A stretch of 62,950 nt of DNA, filler included, from Olpidium bornovanus S191 (lineage: Eukaryota; Fungi; Olpidiomycota): NCBI GenBank assembly GCA_017911155.1. It is 28 parts of 28 records of this genome, joined end to end, with 100 filler letters (N's around TTAATTAATTAA, not from the genome) between each part and the next. Parts side by side here need not be neighbours in the genome. Positions count along the whole stretch, not along the records: positions 11,565 to 14,390 come from JAEFCI010005838.1; positions 14,491 to 16,221 come from JAEFCI010004556.1; positions 16,322 to 22,161 come from JAEFCI010004992.1; positions 22,262 to 23,311 come from JAEFCI010005743.1; positions 23,412 to 24,901 come from JAEFCI010010945.1; 23 more parts are not named here. One strand, 5' to 3'. Below the pieces are notes generated by a model that searched no databases, was not told the DNA's origin, and saw only the letters and a list, made by a program, of their open reading frames with translations. The translations under genes and the position numbers were made by a program. Positions 11,465 to 24,422 of the stretch are shown piece after piece. Positions within the stretch are counted from its first letter, which is position 1, and every line of letters begins with the position of its first letter.

Positions 11465-12399
11465 NNNNNNNNNNNNNNNNNNNNNNNNNNNNNNNNNNNN
11501 NNNNNNNNTTAATTAATTAANNNNNNNNNNNNNNNNNNNNNNNNNNNNNNNNNNNNNNNNNNNNCCCCCCCTCGCCCCCCCCCCCCCCCCCCCGCCCCTT
11601 CCCCTCCCCGCCCTTTTAGATTACCCCGCGCCGCTCTTCTTTTGGCTTCGTCGCCGAGCGGGCTTCCGGCGGCTCGCCTTCTTGGCGCGGTCCCGCATCG
11701 CGTGAGTCTTGCCCGGCGCACATTTAGACCAGTGATGATGATCACTTGCGGTTTCTGCCGTGCGCGCAAGCACAGGCTCATGCCACAGAACCCCACGTTC
11801 TCGCTTCTTCTCCGGGCTTCCGGGCTTCTGCCGATTCTAGCCGGGCCCTGAAATCTCGTAATTTACGTCCCGGGCGGTCTCCCTTGCGATCTGCAAGAAA
11901 CCCCCCTAGTCGACCCCTCCGGAATTTCTGACCTTAAGGTGCGTTTTTATCCAAGACGTCGCGGAGCCACGTCGGATTGTCTCTCCCGTCGCCCAACGAC
12001 GAGGCCTGTCGCGGATGACGGAAGAGATTCTGCCAGGTTGTGTCCCACTGGATTGACGAGCGCGACCGCGGGTATTTCAGCTGGGAGCGGGTCAACGTCA
12101 AAGCGGCGTCGTCGCGCCTCAAGGCAGCCGCGGGCTTTTCTGGTTTTTTTTTCCTTTTTTTCTTGCTATTTTTGCCGATCGCTTCACCGGTCGTTCTTGA
12201 ACACGGATTTTTCCGAAGCGGCCTGCACATCCCTGTTTGGTTCACTTTCTTTGTGGCCCCCTTAAAACACTTGATGCGCACTCACCTCACGGGAGAAGCA
12301 AGCGGACGAGTCCTCTAGTTTACCAGTGTCCTTGCCCTTTGGTGTGCGTTTACGCTCCATCTTCAAGCATTTTGTCGCGCTTGCAGCGAAATCAACAAT

Positions 12400-13760
12400 A
12401 TGGGAGCTATTGGGCCAGGTACAAGGAGGACTGGACGCGTGAAGTTCTTCAACAGCGTGAAAGGTTACGGGTTCATCATCCCTCATCACCAGGAACCCGG
12501 AGAAAACATCGAAAGTACGTAGGTCCATAAATCCTGCCGAGACCTTGGCAAGCGTGACTCGAAGCGTGTGGCTTCACACCCTGTGGAAAGTCGACCCGGT
12601 GAAGTACTTCTGCTATTACTGCCCGTGTCTTTAATGATGCTCTTATCGGTGCCCTCCTGCTTTGCCGCTTCCACCTTTCAATTTATGTGTTTGCTGTTGT
12701 CCGTGGTTGCGTGGGATCGTCTGCCTGTCTGTACCATCTGTGCAATCTCCCGCGTTGTTGCAGTTTTTGTGCATCATACTGCTATTCGCAATAATGGAGG
12801 TTTCAAAAGCCTTGCAGAGGTATATCGGTCCTGTGTGTTTCAGTATAGGTGGTTGGTGGATTTTGATTTCTAACAACAAGTGCATTTGTGTCTCGTACGT
12901 CTTCACCTTTTGCCAACGTTACCCTCGATCAATCAACTTAACAAGGGCGAAGAGGTATGTCAGTAATTAGTCTCATTTCTTGGGCGAATGGTGTCAATGC
13001 TAGTTTCAACTGATCAATATTTTGTTGTTCAGGTCGAGTATGATTTGATGCAGGGCCCAAAAGGAATGCAAGCTTCTCAAGTCACCGGGCCTGCGGGGGT
13101 CTCGGTCAAGGGCGATCCTAACGCCGGAAAACAAACCAATTTGTGCGTGACAGCAATAAATCTTTCGAGTCATTGGGTCTGAGCATCAACCGTATGAATC
13201 CCATTTCTTTCAGCGGTCATTTTGCTGGTTTTGGAGGTGGAGGTGCCGGTATGTGCCTTGCCTCTTTGCATCCCACCAGTTAGGCCGAATGATTCAAATT
13301 CTTACGACGACGCTTTGCTTTTTCCCGCTGGTCAGGCTACATGCAGGCATACAGCCAACCGTACAGTGGAGGGCAACCGATGCGGCAGGCAGCACAGTAC
13401 GGGATGGGCGGCCAGTTCCCGGCCGGCGGGCCAGGTGCCGGTGCGATGTATGGTTCGTCGCCCTACGGCATGTACAACCAGCCGCCGGCGTTCGGGAGCC
13501 TTTACGGCGGAAACTCTCAAGGGCTTTTCGGCAATACTACCGGAGCGCCCGCCTCAAACCAATCGTCCCCCGCATCGGCCGGCTTCCCCGGCGGGCAGGG
13601 ATACACCGCCGGACAACAAGTCGGCTCCCAGGGCGCCGCGGCTGGCGTCCTTGGGGCCGCGCCGTACCACAACTTTTACGGTCTGCATGCCAATCCAGCG
13701 GGATTCTTTTACACTGGTGCGGGCGCGGGCGGCCCCGGCGCTGGTCAACAACAGCAGTAA
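12400..13760 (+). CDS. Cold-shock-domain RNA-binding protein with G/Q/Y-rich low-complexity tail; 6 exons
   Basis: Phase-consistent GT-AG model: 12400-12514, 12764-12819, 12946-12954, 13033-13142, 13214-13248, 13336-13760. It gives GRVKFFNSVKGYGFI (RNP1), [42 protein letters not shown]. The true start could lie further upstream. Confidence 0.9.
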
Positions 13761-16351
13761 GCCAGCATCGAAATGCACTGCCAAATCGGGCGGCAGCAGG
13801 CTGGCCTGTCCGATTTTATCTACTGCACGCAGCAAGGAAATTGGCCTTATGTCCTACGATAATTCGACATCTGTGACATGTCGGCGGTGAAGGAGCAAGA
13901 AACGGAGGGGCGCAAAAGTAGTTGTGTTTGCGGCTGGCAGCCCGCCCTGTGCCAAGGACGCTGGGGCTAGTTGCGTTTTGCTTGATCCAACCAGATCACT
14001 CCGTGTGTGGCATGTATTTGTTGTCGTGGTTTTTTGCGGTGCGGGTGGGCTGTGGTGTGGAGGGGGAGGGGTTATTGGAAAGAGTTATCAATGCCGTTTT
14101 CCGGTGCTCGACGAATGTGGCTGCGGCGTAACGGGTTGGAAGTGCGCCAATTCCAAAACCCTTCTCCGGGCGCGCGGAAGTCCGGAAAAAGGGTATTTTG
14201 GAGAAAACCGAGCGCGGGTGCCGTGCGCAAAGATGGCGCAGCCTTTGAAATTTTCCAGCCTCCCTGTGGCATGGGTTTGCACCGGCGCGGTCAGCCGCTT
14301 TCGGCACGGCGCTGGCCCCATTTTACTGATGTCTGTGCTACTTACCGAACGGAACGACCCGGAGCGACCCATCATCCGCCCCGCGCGGCCNNNNNNNNNN
14401 NNNNNNNNNNNNNNNNNNNNNNNNNNNNNNNNNNTTAATTAATTAANNNNNNNNNNNNNNNNNNNNNNNNNNNNNNNNNNNNNNNNNNNNCATGGTATGA
14501 GTGCTTTTTTGAAGAATACCAGCCTACTGCGTGAGTACGGGGACTCATAGCTAGCTCAACTGCCTCTCGTACCTCGTATCCTCAAGCGCTGCTTCGCCTT
14601 CGGCTCGCAGCGCCGACAAAGGCGTTTAAAAAAAAAACAATCGGGCGTGCAGCAAACAGCTTCCGGGCCATCGCAGCGCAAGGCGGGGAAGCGCGATCCG
14701 AGTTATCGGGGTGAGAGGCCGCCGGTCTGCCAGATGCGAGCTGTTGGCCTGCCGAGGGCCTGGGATCACGCAGAAGTTTTGTCCCCCCCTGGAACCGCAA
14801 GAAAACGGAAAGGCTGGCGGTTTCGGTGGCGACTCCCCCGGGACGCGGCCGCAGAGGGTAGATCCCGAGTCCGAATTGAGCAGCATCCTGAAGTGCAGGT
14901 GCTCGCTGTGCCGCCCGCCGTGTCACTACTGCGCGACCTGTCGGGTTGCGAACGGCGCAGCTGAGGAGTGCGAAGACCTGGATGCTGTCGAAGGAAGCGC
15001 CCGCGGTGCAAATGCCCTAGGCGAACCGCGGTCTATACGTCATCACAAACACCGCTCTTGTACTTCACATTGAACGAACGAATTATGTGCCGCGTCACGG
15101 CTTTGTTTTTTTGAAAAACGCGAAACGATCCAAGTTTGACGGGATGGCCTCCGCGGTTCATTTCTCTTGCCCGGCGCGCGGGCGGCTCGCTTTTGGTCTT
15201 GTTTGGCCAGTTTAGGGTCGTGTTTTCCCGGCGTGGTTTTGCGGCGACCGCGAGCTTTTCGCGGGCAATCATGGCGGCCCCACCTGTTGAAGGACGTTCG
15301 AAACCTCCGGTGTGATATCGGGAGCTCCCAAGTCGTTTCCGCACACTGCGCCCAACGCGGCGCGGCGTAACAAAACAACCAAATGCCCGGGCGACCATTT
15401 TCACAAAATATACGCGTCCCGACTGCCTTTTGCCCGCGTCCGGTAATGAGGCCGAAACCTACTCGCTTAGCCCTCGGCATTTGCGGCAGGTACTCGCACG
15501 GAAATATTCAACTAGCAGAGCAAGTACGACGCGCTGCGGGGAGGGGGAGGGGCTACGATTTCAACATGTTCTAGAAGGGCAGAAAACCTATTTGGGGAGC
15601 AAAAATATACAACACGGATATACGACATAGTACAACGCTCCGAAGGAAGAGAGCGCGCGCGACAAAAGGAATATGCCGGAAATCTTACTAAGGGGAATCT
15701 CCGGTGGTTCTAAGCAGGTATTTTAGATGAAAAGAAGATACTAGTCTGGCATATATGTCAAACGTAACTTTGTGGATCAGCTGGCGGGGCCGTGCATCTT
15801 CCCAGGACCTCCGAGCCTTATGCTCGCGCGTGCAGCGCGTAAGAAACATGGCAGAAGCAGATGTGAAGGCACGCAAATAGTCGCCTGACAGTGTGTCGGC
15901 GACGTTGGACAGGCGTTCCCACCGAAGTTCAGCTGTAGGTCGGTTGCGAGAAAGTCGACGCCTGCAAGCAACCCTGCCAATCATAATGACCAATGGTTTA
16001 GCTGACAGCATCTCCGACGCGGGAAAATGGCGGTAGGCAACGACAATTAACGGGCCGCAATCTACGTACCGCAGTTTCGGGCCTTGAGATCCCCGGACCG
16101 ACGCAATGGCAGTCGCCTTCTCCCGAGGCGTCAAACTTTTCTGCGGCCGCCTGATTCGCACGTCTCGGGATATTTGGGTCGCAATCGCCACAAACTTGTC
16201 GTGTGTTTTCGGCCGCCATGGNNNNNNNNNNNNNNNNNNNNNNNNNNNNNNNNNNNNNNNNNNNNTTAATTAATTAANNNNNNNNNNNNNNNNNNNNNNN
16301 NNNNNNNNNNNNNNNNNNNNNAATAAATAAAAAAAACAAAACGGTGGCCCC

Positions 16352-16384
<33 letters not shown>

Positions 16385-17556
16385 CGAACTCCAAGACGGC
16401 CATCAGGAGCCCAGGTTATCCGCCGGCCGCTGGATCGTGCCTCGAGATACTGCCCTCCACGCAGACGAGAAGTGGGGCGGGTGGGGCCCGGCGCGGGGCG
16501 CCGCCGCCGTCCGGGCGTCCGCGCGCCGGGCGCGAGGCTCCGCCCTTCGCGGGGGGAGAACAAGCGGACCCCGGCAGCGTGCGCAACCGCGAAGCAAAAA
16601 ACGGCGTGGAGGTAACCGGGGAGGGGGCGGGGGGGGAAAGAAGGGAGATGCTCGCTCAGGAGTCGTCGCCGTCGCCGTTGTTCGCGGTCTCCGTTCACCC
16701 TCAGTTCTCTCTTTCTCCCTCTCTCTCTCTCTCTGTGGGACGCGTCACGCGAAAGAGAAACAAAATAAAAAAAGAAGTCCGCGCGCGCGGCCGTCTTCCC
16801 TCTCTTCCCTCACCCTCTCCTGCGTGTAAAAGCGGCACCTCCCCCCTCCCCCCCCTTTTCCCGCGCTGGCAGAAACGTGCTCTCTTCCGCTCCTTCCCCC
16901 TCCCCGCACGCCCATCCGCGCGCTTTCCCCCGCTTTTTGCCTCCTCCGCCTCTTCGTCTCGGGTGTCTGCGGCTGGCCCCGGCCGTGAGTTGCACCGAGG
17001 ACGCAGGTCCTGTGTTGACGCGGAGGATGGCCTCTAAGGTAAATATCGCGCGTTAAGGCCAGCGACGTTCTTAGCACTGATAGCCCCCAGCCGGCCAAAA
17101 ACGGCGCTGCCCTGTCCCGTGCTTCGCCATGTTCTTCGCGCCATTTGCAGGTCTCCGGTTTCTCTTTGATGCACGCCGGCGGGCGTTTGTGCTATATGCC
17201 CAGGTCACACCGCCGGCAAGCAGCGTCTTCCCCCGGCTCGCGCGCGCGTCGGAAGTGCGCCGGAATGAACCCGACGCGCGCGAATTGACTCAATCAACGG
17301 CCATAAAAAAAAAAAAAAAAAAAAAAAAAAATAGAAAAAAAACAAACAAAAATTTGCATTCCACGAGAAACGGCGTGCCTGCATTCGCGTCACCCATTAT
17401 ATACTCGCGGTCGAATCCGCCCGCGTTCTCTCCTGGGAAACCCCCGGAAAGCAAAACCTCGGGGAAAAAAAAAAAAAAAAAAGAAAAACCAAAAAAAAAA
17501 AAAAAAAAAAAAAAAAAAGCAACAGAGAGTCAGATTGTTTATTTGCCGCCGAAGCC

Positions 17557-20500
17557 GTGCCGGAGCGAGTCCTTAAGGCCGCGCCCCCCGTGTACAACGG
17601 TCGCCCGCAAGCTCCGTTCCCCTCGCCCGCCCCCATGCATGATGTCGACGACGACGACGACGACACCCTGGGTGTCCCGACCCAGGCTGCTGCGCCGGGC
17701 GCGCGTTGGCCGGCGCATGCCGTGCTGACCCCTCCCGCCGCCCCGCTCGACGGTCCGCGCCAGGACGGCGGCCCTCCGGCCGGAGGCTACCTTTTCCGTC
17801 CCGCGGGCGGCGGCGTTTTCTCGCCCGCGGGCCGCGCCGCAGCTGAAAGCCCGCGAGGCCCGCGCGTCGTCGTCCGGCGCCGCCGCAGCCGCCGCCGCCC
17901 CGCCGACGGGGAACAGCGGGAGGAGGACGACGATGACGACGACGACGGCGTCGACGGCCCCGTCCCGCCGGGTCCGCCGCCGCCGCCGCCGACGGTGCCT
18001 GCCGCGGCCCGGGAGTACACGATGAGTGGCGTCACCGTCCGCTTCCCCTTCCCCGCGTACGAGAGCCAAGTCGCGATGATGTCCAAGATCGTGCGCGCCG
18101 TCCAGCGCTTTGAGAACGCCCTGCTGGAGAGCCCGACGGGAAGCGGGAAGTCGCTCGCCCTGCTGTGCGCCTGTCTGGCCTGGCAGGAGGCGGAACGCGG
18201 CCGCCCGCCCGCCCCAGGGCCGGGCGAGCGCGAGAGCGAGCGTGGAAACGAGCCGGCGGAGGACGGGCCAACGCCGCCACCCCGCCGTCCCGGAGAGATC
18301 GTTCCCGCAGACTCCCCGCCGGCGGCGTCAGGACGACCGGGCGAAGAGCCACAGTCGTCCGCGTGCCGCGCAGCCGGCGGCGGCGGCGGGCCGCCCACGT
18401 TCGCCAGACCAGGGCCGCCTGAAATTCCGGCGGCGGAGGGGACGGCCGTCGGCGCCAGGTCGCCAGACGCCGAGCAGCAGCAGCCCGCGCAGATCCGCCC
18501 GCCGCGCCTTCCCGGGTTCGGCGCCCACGCGCCGCGGATCCTGTTCGCCAGCCGCACGCATAAGCAGCTGGCGCAACTGGTTGGCGAGCTGAAACGCCAC
18601 GCGGCCTACCGGCCCCGGATGGCCGTCCTCGGCAGCCGGAAGCAGTACTGCGTCCACCCGAAAGTCTCGAAATCTGCGGACGTCGACGAGGGATGCACCA
18701 GCCTCTGCGAAACCGAAAGCGGTTGCCAGTACCGGGAACAAACGGCGCGGATCACGTCCAGTGCGGACGTCGCGGCCGGCGGACAGTTAGAGATTTGGGA
18801 TATTGAGGATCTCGTGGACTTTGGAAAGAGAACGAACGGCTGTCCGTACTACGCTTCCAAAGAGCTCGCCAAGCAAGCGGACATCGTGTTTCTTCCGTAC
18901 AGCTACGTCTGCAACCCCATCATCCGAGAAGCGATGGATTTGTCCGTCGACGGCGCGGTAATAGTGCTCGACGAGGCGCACAACATGAAGGACGTTGCTC
19001 GTGAAGCCGGGTCTTTCGAAGTGACAGACCGCGTGCTGACGTCGGTCGACGGCGAGTTGGCCGGCCTATTAAAGGATCGATATTACCCAGAACGGATCGC
19101 GTCAATCCTGGTCTTCGTCGGATCGCTTTTGAGTTGGGTCGCAAGTAAAGAAGACGAGTATAAAGCCGACGACGACAACCGCTGCGTTATCGTCTGGTCT
19201 GGCCTTCAAATCACTGCCGAGACGACAAGACTCGGCATCACTTCCAACCGGCTCGCAGCACTGCGGCAACACCTGCGCGTTCTCCGCGAGGCGAAGGACC
19301 AGTTAAAAGCACGCCGTGCGAAGAACAAGGGACGCGCAGTGTCCGGTAGAACCTTGCAAGTTCTTGGAAACCTGTTCGTCGTCTTTCAGTATTTGCTCAA
19401 CGGCCACGCCGACGATTTCAGGATGGTGCTCGTGAAAACGGTCTGGACGGGCCCGGGGTTGCCGCCCGACGCCGAGCCGGAAGACGGCAACGGGGCGCCA
19501 AAGCTCCCGCTCGCTTTCTGGTTGAACAGGATGCCAAAGCGCACGCTGGCGTTCTGGTGCTTGAACCCGGGGGTCACGTTCGCGCCGCTCAGCATCTCGG
19601 CGAGGTGCGTCATCCTGACCTCTGGCACGCTCTCTCCGATGGACTCCTTCGCGTCCGAGCTGCAGACGGAGTTTCCCATCCGCCTCGAAGCCCCGCACGT
19701 CATCGATTCCGGCCAGGTGTGGATCGGCGTCGTACCTCACGGGCCGAGCGCGGTTCAATTCGAGGGGACGAACCGCCGGAAAGGCGACCTGCGTTACCAG
19801 GACGAACTTGGCGCCGCCATCCTGGAGCTTGTACAGCGCGCGCCGGGAGGGGCGCTTTGCTTCCTGCCGTCGTACTCCCTCATGGACATTCTTATCGGCC
19901 GCTGGCGCGCCACCGGGTTGTACGACCGCCTCAACCACGTCAAGCTCGTGCTGCAGGAGCCTCCGGGCGCCGCCGGCCGGGAGGCGTTCGACTTCGTGAT
20001 GAAAGCGTACTACCTGAGCGTCGACCGGGCGGAAACCCCTCCGCCGCGGCTCCGCTTCCGCGGCCCGCGCTTCCCGCTCGCGGGCCAGCCGCTGCACTCG
20101 CAGAACGGCGCACTGCTCTTCGCCGTTTGCCGGGGCAAAATTTCCGAGGGCGTCGACTTCAGCGACGATCACGCTCGCCTCGTCATGGTCGTCGGGATCC
20201 CCTACCCGAACAGCCGGGAGCTCGTCGTGAGGGAGAAAAAGGCGTACAACGACCACCGCCTCCTGTCGCCCTTCCGCCAGGGCGACGGTCACCCTCCCGC
20301 TTCCCTTCCCGCACTGTTGACCGGCAGCGACTGGTACCAGATCCAAGGGTTTCGCGCCATCAACCAAGCGCTGGGACGGTGCATCCGGCACAGAAACGAT
20401 TGGGTGAGAATTTCTCAGGGAGTGAGGGAGGACGCACAATGAATGGGCTCGAGAAAGTCCTGTTCTCTTCTGAACCAAACATGGGCCCCGGCCTCTCACG

Positions 20501-20717
20501 TCGTGTCTCCTTTTCTTTTTTTTATTTTTTTTTCTTTTTTCTTTTGCTTTTGTTGTTCCAGGGCGCAATTGTCCTGTTGGACCACCGGTTCCTCGACGCG
20601 AAGAAGGTCAGCAGCCTCTCCAAATGGGTCCGCCCCCTCGTCCGCTTTTTCGATCGCGGCCAGTTCTATTTGGCGAGGAAGAGCGTCGACGATTTCTGCC
20701 AGGTTGCCCACAAGTGA
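17557..20717 (+). CDS. BRIP1: Fe-S cluster DEAH helicase FANCJ/BRIP1 (XPD/Rad3/DinG family)
   Basis: YTMSGVTVRFPFPAYESQVAMM, Walker A ALLESPTGSGKSLALLC, four Fe-S Cys (KQYC..GC..GC..GCPYY), VLDEAHN, LTSGTLSP, AVCRGKISEGVDF, and motif VI NQALGRCIRHRNDW joined by intron 20404-20561 to GAIVLLD. Start codon uncertain. Confidence 0.93.
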
Positions 20718-23519
20718 GGAAACGCCGGCCTCAAACGGTGTCGCCGGAGTGCCGCCGCCCGTCGGGCGTATTCTGCCCTCGCCTTCGAGCCGGGATCGCG
20801 GCCATCGCCGCCGAGACGCCGAGGCGGCCGCCGTGGTGTGCCTATACTGCCGGGCGCCCGTCGATGCGGAAGTAGTCCAGATCGTCCCTGCGGCGGAGGT
20901 CCGCCAGCTGCACCCCCGGGAAGTCGTCGCCCGACTGCTGCAGTCCGGGCCGGGCGGCGCACCACCGTCGCCGACCTCGATGAGCCCTCCTGCGCCCCCA
21001 CCTACCGCGACCTCCGGGCCTCCCATGGTCGCCGTCGTGAGAGGGATCGACGCCGAAGACGCGGCGGAGGAAGGAAAGCGGCACCTTCTCTTTTGTCTTC
21101 TCGTCCGGAGGCCGAGCGTCTACGTCCCGGCCGACGGCGTCTGCTACGAGGACCACTGCTGCGCCTTGTGCGGCAAAACAATCGGCGCGCGAGCGATCGG
21201 CGAGTCGCCGTCGTCGGCCGGGCCGCGCCTCTGGGGCCTGTCGTGGATCGCGCTGCCGCAGCGATAACGCGTGGGCGGCGGGACCGCGGGGGAGTGTGCA
21301 AAGAGGGGAGAAGGAGCGGACCGGGGTTTTCAAATTCTTTTGCTGCGCGGGCGCGCAAAACTCCCGGCGTCGTGTCCCCAGGAGAGGGGAAACGGAGGAC
21401 CCCGACGCGACTCCGAAACTTTGTCGACTCGACCCGAGCCCGCCGCCCGACGTCGGCACCAGCTGTCCCCGCGAAGTCGGGCAGAAGATCTGCGGCGCTT
21501 GCCCGGAAGGAGTGGGAGGGGGGAAACCTGGGTTTGCGCCTGCCGTCCCTGATTTCCAGCCCCCCCCCCCCCCTCCCCCCCTTTCTCGTCCTTGGGCGGA
21601 CCGAGCCGCTCGCTTCCCGGCGAGGGAATTCGAAATTGTCCCGTTCACAAACTGCGCGGAAAGAAGAAAGGAGAAAAGCGGGGGGCGGGGCAGGGGCTCT
21701 CCGGAGACACGGGCCAGAAACCATTACCTGAAATGTAAATAATAGATTATAATGTATTACATCTGCAGATGTAGCTAATATGAACGAAGTAAAGCCGACT
21801 TCGCGGCGGACCCGAATTGCTGCACTGGAGAAAGAAAAAGAGTAAGGAAGCCGTCCGACGGCATCCAGCGTCCGCTTTCTCCGCGAACAGCTCAGCCATC
21901 CGCAGATCCTGCGCCCAGGCGGTGCTCAACTTTCTTTCTCCCATTGCAACACTGGGTGTTGATTCATCAAGGTGAATCACGGAAACCGCCCATGACGACC
22001 ACCCGGGGCTCGGACAACGTACTCAGAAGAAAACCCGTTGGACGTTGCCACTGGGGACTTCGGTACGAAACGTCGACATCGAGAGTATCCGAACGCGAGC
22101 GAGGTTTTTTCTGAGATTGGAGGTCTCCGTCGCGATCTTCGTGGTATCCGGGGAGGTGTTANNNNNNNNNNNNNNNNNNNNNNNNNNNNNNNNNNNNNNN
22201 NNNNNTTAATTAATTAANNNNNNNNNNNNNNNNNNNNNNNNNNNNNNNNNNNNNNNNNNNNACAGGCCTTCGGCCGCGGACCCGGGCGGAGTGGCACCTC
22301 GGGGCAAGGGCGAATGGCGGCCGGAACCGCCGGCGGCCTTCGGGCCGGGAGCACTGGGTTACAGGTATGGCCGCCGCCGGGGTGCTCCCCCCACCACCGG
22401 AAGAGTTTCCCGGTGTGAGCGCTTCCCTTCCCCCGCCCCACCTAGGACTCCGGAAGGTTTGTTCGGTCCCCCTTCCCACTCTCCGCCTCCACCCTCTCCT
22501 TCTCATACATCTCCTCCGTTCGCTCCCTCCTCCCTCATCGTCATCACCTCTCCCTTCATTCCCCTTCACTTCCCTGCACTCCCTCACCACATCCCCTCAT
22601 CACATCCACTCACCTTTTCCCTCCGCCCACACTCCCCTTCCCGAATCAAAATGTACTTATGTAGGGGCTTTTCGGCCCTCCCCTTACTTTAGTTTTTATT
22701 TTATACTTATTATGAATTCAATGGAACTACGAACCCTCTGATCCCGGGCGACCGGGTACGTAGGCAGCCGAGGCTCTTTGGAGCGGAGGTCCGAGGTTCC
22801 CCACCCCCCCCCCCCCCCGCCCACTCAACTCCTCTCCTTCGAATCCACTGCCCCTTCACGCCTTCCCCGAAACATTAATGTACTCAACTTCACAATCCAA
22901 CTCAAACTGCACCATTTTTTCAACATCAATCAAATCTGAATCTTGCAATCTCACTTTAAATATACATTCCAATGTACAACGCGATGTTTTTTTATCTTGA
23001 AGCAATCAAATTGACTTTCGAAACATCGAGCGCTCTTTGTCGGTGAGGATGAGAATGGTCGAGTTCGCCGCGGCACGGCCGGGAATCGGTTAACGGCCGG
23101 CGGCGGTTTTTGGGGGGCGGGCGGCGGCGGTCTTTCCGCGGCGGGTTGGGTGAGGTGGTTCTTCGGGAGAAGGGGGGGAGGGTGGGGGGTGGGAAGAGGG
23201 GGGAAATGGACGGGTTTGAGAGGCTAGTTCGCAGGCGAGGCCGAGTTCCGACTCGGCGTGGAGCATCGGAGTAACAGGCGTGCCCGGAGGGCGGGGGGGC
23301 CTCCGCCCTACNNNNNNNNNNNNNNNNNNNNNNNNNNNNNNNNNNNNNNNNNNNNTTAATTAATTAANNNNNNNNNNNNNNNNNNNNNNNNNNNNNNNNN
23401 NNNNNNNNNNNCATGGCTGTTCGGCCAAATTTGGGGCTCAAGAGAGCGATCTATGATAGTGAAGTTGATGAGAAAGGCGAACATTACGTAAATCGTGCCG
23501 GCCGGATGAGGACGTCTCA

Positions 23520-24422
23520 TTACACGGTATCCTCGGGTCTCAATACGATAGCGAAGTTTTCCCGGTGGATCACCGACTCCGCATCTCCGTATCCCAGCAG
23601 GTCCGAGATCTCTGAGGGGTCACGGCCCTTGATAAGCTCGATCTCAGTGGACGTGTAGTTGACCAGGCCCTTGCCGACCAGGACGCGCTCGACTTCCGTT
23701 CCGGCCTTCCGCTCGACGTACACCCTGACGGCCTGGTTCGCCGCGAACTGGCCGTCGACCCGGAGGACACCCGAAGCGAACAGCGCGCTTCTGTGGCGCA
23801 CGGAAGCCGTCACCGAATTCTCGTCCACGACCAGCGCACCCGCGTCGTGGAGGCCGTGCATGACCCACCACGTGCGGTCGACCAGAGTGTGGGGTTTGGC
23901 CAGGATGCGCGTGTGCAGTTGCACCGTGCCGAACGGCGTCACCTTCCCGATAATCTGGCTGTCACAGCCCTCGGGGACCGCACTTTCCGGTTCGGAAGAG
24001 AAGTTCAAGTCGGTTGGCGCCACAGATGACTGGAACAGCTCTGGGTGCGCCGCGGCGAGGATCGCCAACGCGCGTCGCGGAAACGAGCCGTTCGTAATTA
24101 CCGTCGTCACTCCGGCTGCGGTGGCGAGATCTGCAGCGATCAGCTTTGTCACCATCCCGCCGGTGCCGAGAGAACTGCCAGGGGTCGCGACGGTTACTTA
24201 AAAAACGGTAAGCGCACATCTCATGAGAAACTCTCATTCAACCGGGGGGGTTCGGAAGCAACGCCCCGCCTTCTCCAAGAAGTTTGGTGCATACCTTTGT
24301 TTCGCAGTGCTTCCAGATCCCGGACATCGCCGATGGGTTTGGCGTCAGGACAAGTTCGTGGATTGTCGGTGTAGAGGCAATCTACGTCTGTCAACAGGAA
24401 AAGGTAATCCGCCTGGACCATG
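23520..24422 (-). CDS. PRO1: Glutamate 5-kinase with C-terminal PUA domain, 5' part missing
   Basis: MVQADYLFLLTDVDCLYTDNP, SSLGTGGMVTKLIAADLATAAGV, PUA-like ALFASGVLRVDGQF...GLVNYTSTEIELIKG...VIHRENFAIV. Confidence 0.93.

Noticed and set aside
11725-11935. GTGATGA (C-box-like) with downstream CTGA as a C/D snoRNA
   Set aside because: No terminal stem or recognisable rRNA-complementary guide was found, and these short motifs occur by chance.
14491-14505. CA|TGGTATGAG at a contig start as an LTR end plus PBS
   Set aside because: The CATG is explained by the contig-end bias, the match to known PBS sequences is short, and no gag follows.
14575-14760. Sequence vaguely reminiscent of a ColE1/pUC origin
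   Set aside because: Only scattered short word matches, with no continuous identity to the origin sequence as I recall it.
15688-16191. 167-aa minus-strand ORF as a transposase or RT remnant
   Set aside because: No catalytic motif (DDE, YADD) could be identified. It is left uncalled pending an HMM search.
17787-21731. Many long overlapping antisense and alternative-frame Arg/Pro/Gly-rich ORFs (also around 113-1600, 43500-44800 and 45789-46650)
   Set aside because: They are shadow ORFs expected from high GC over real coding sequence, with no independent motifs.
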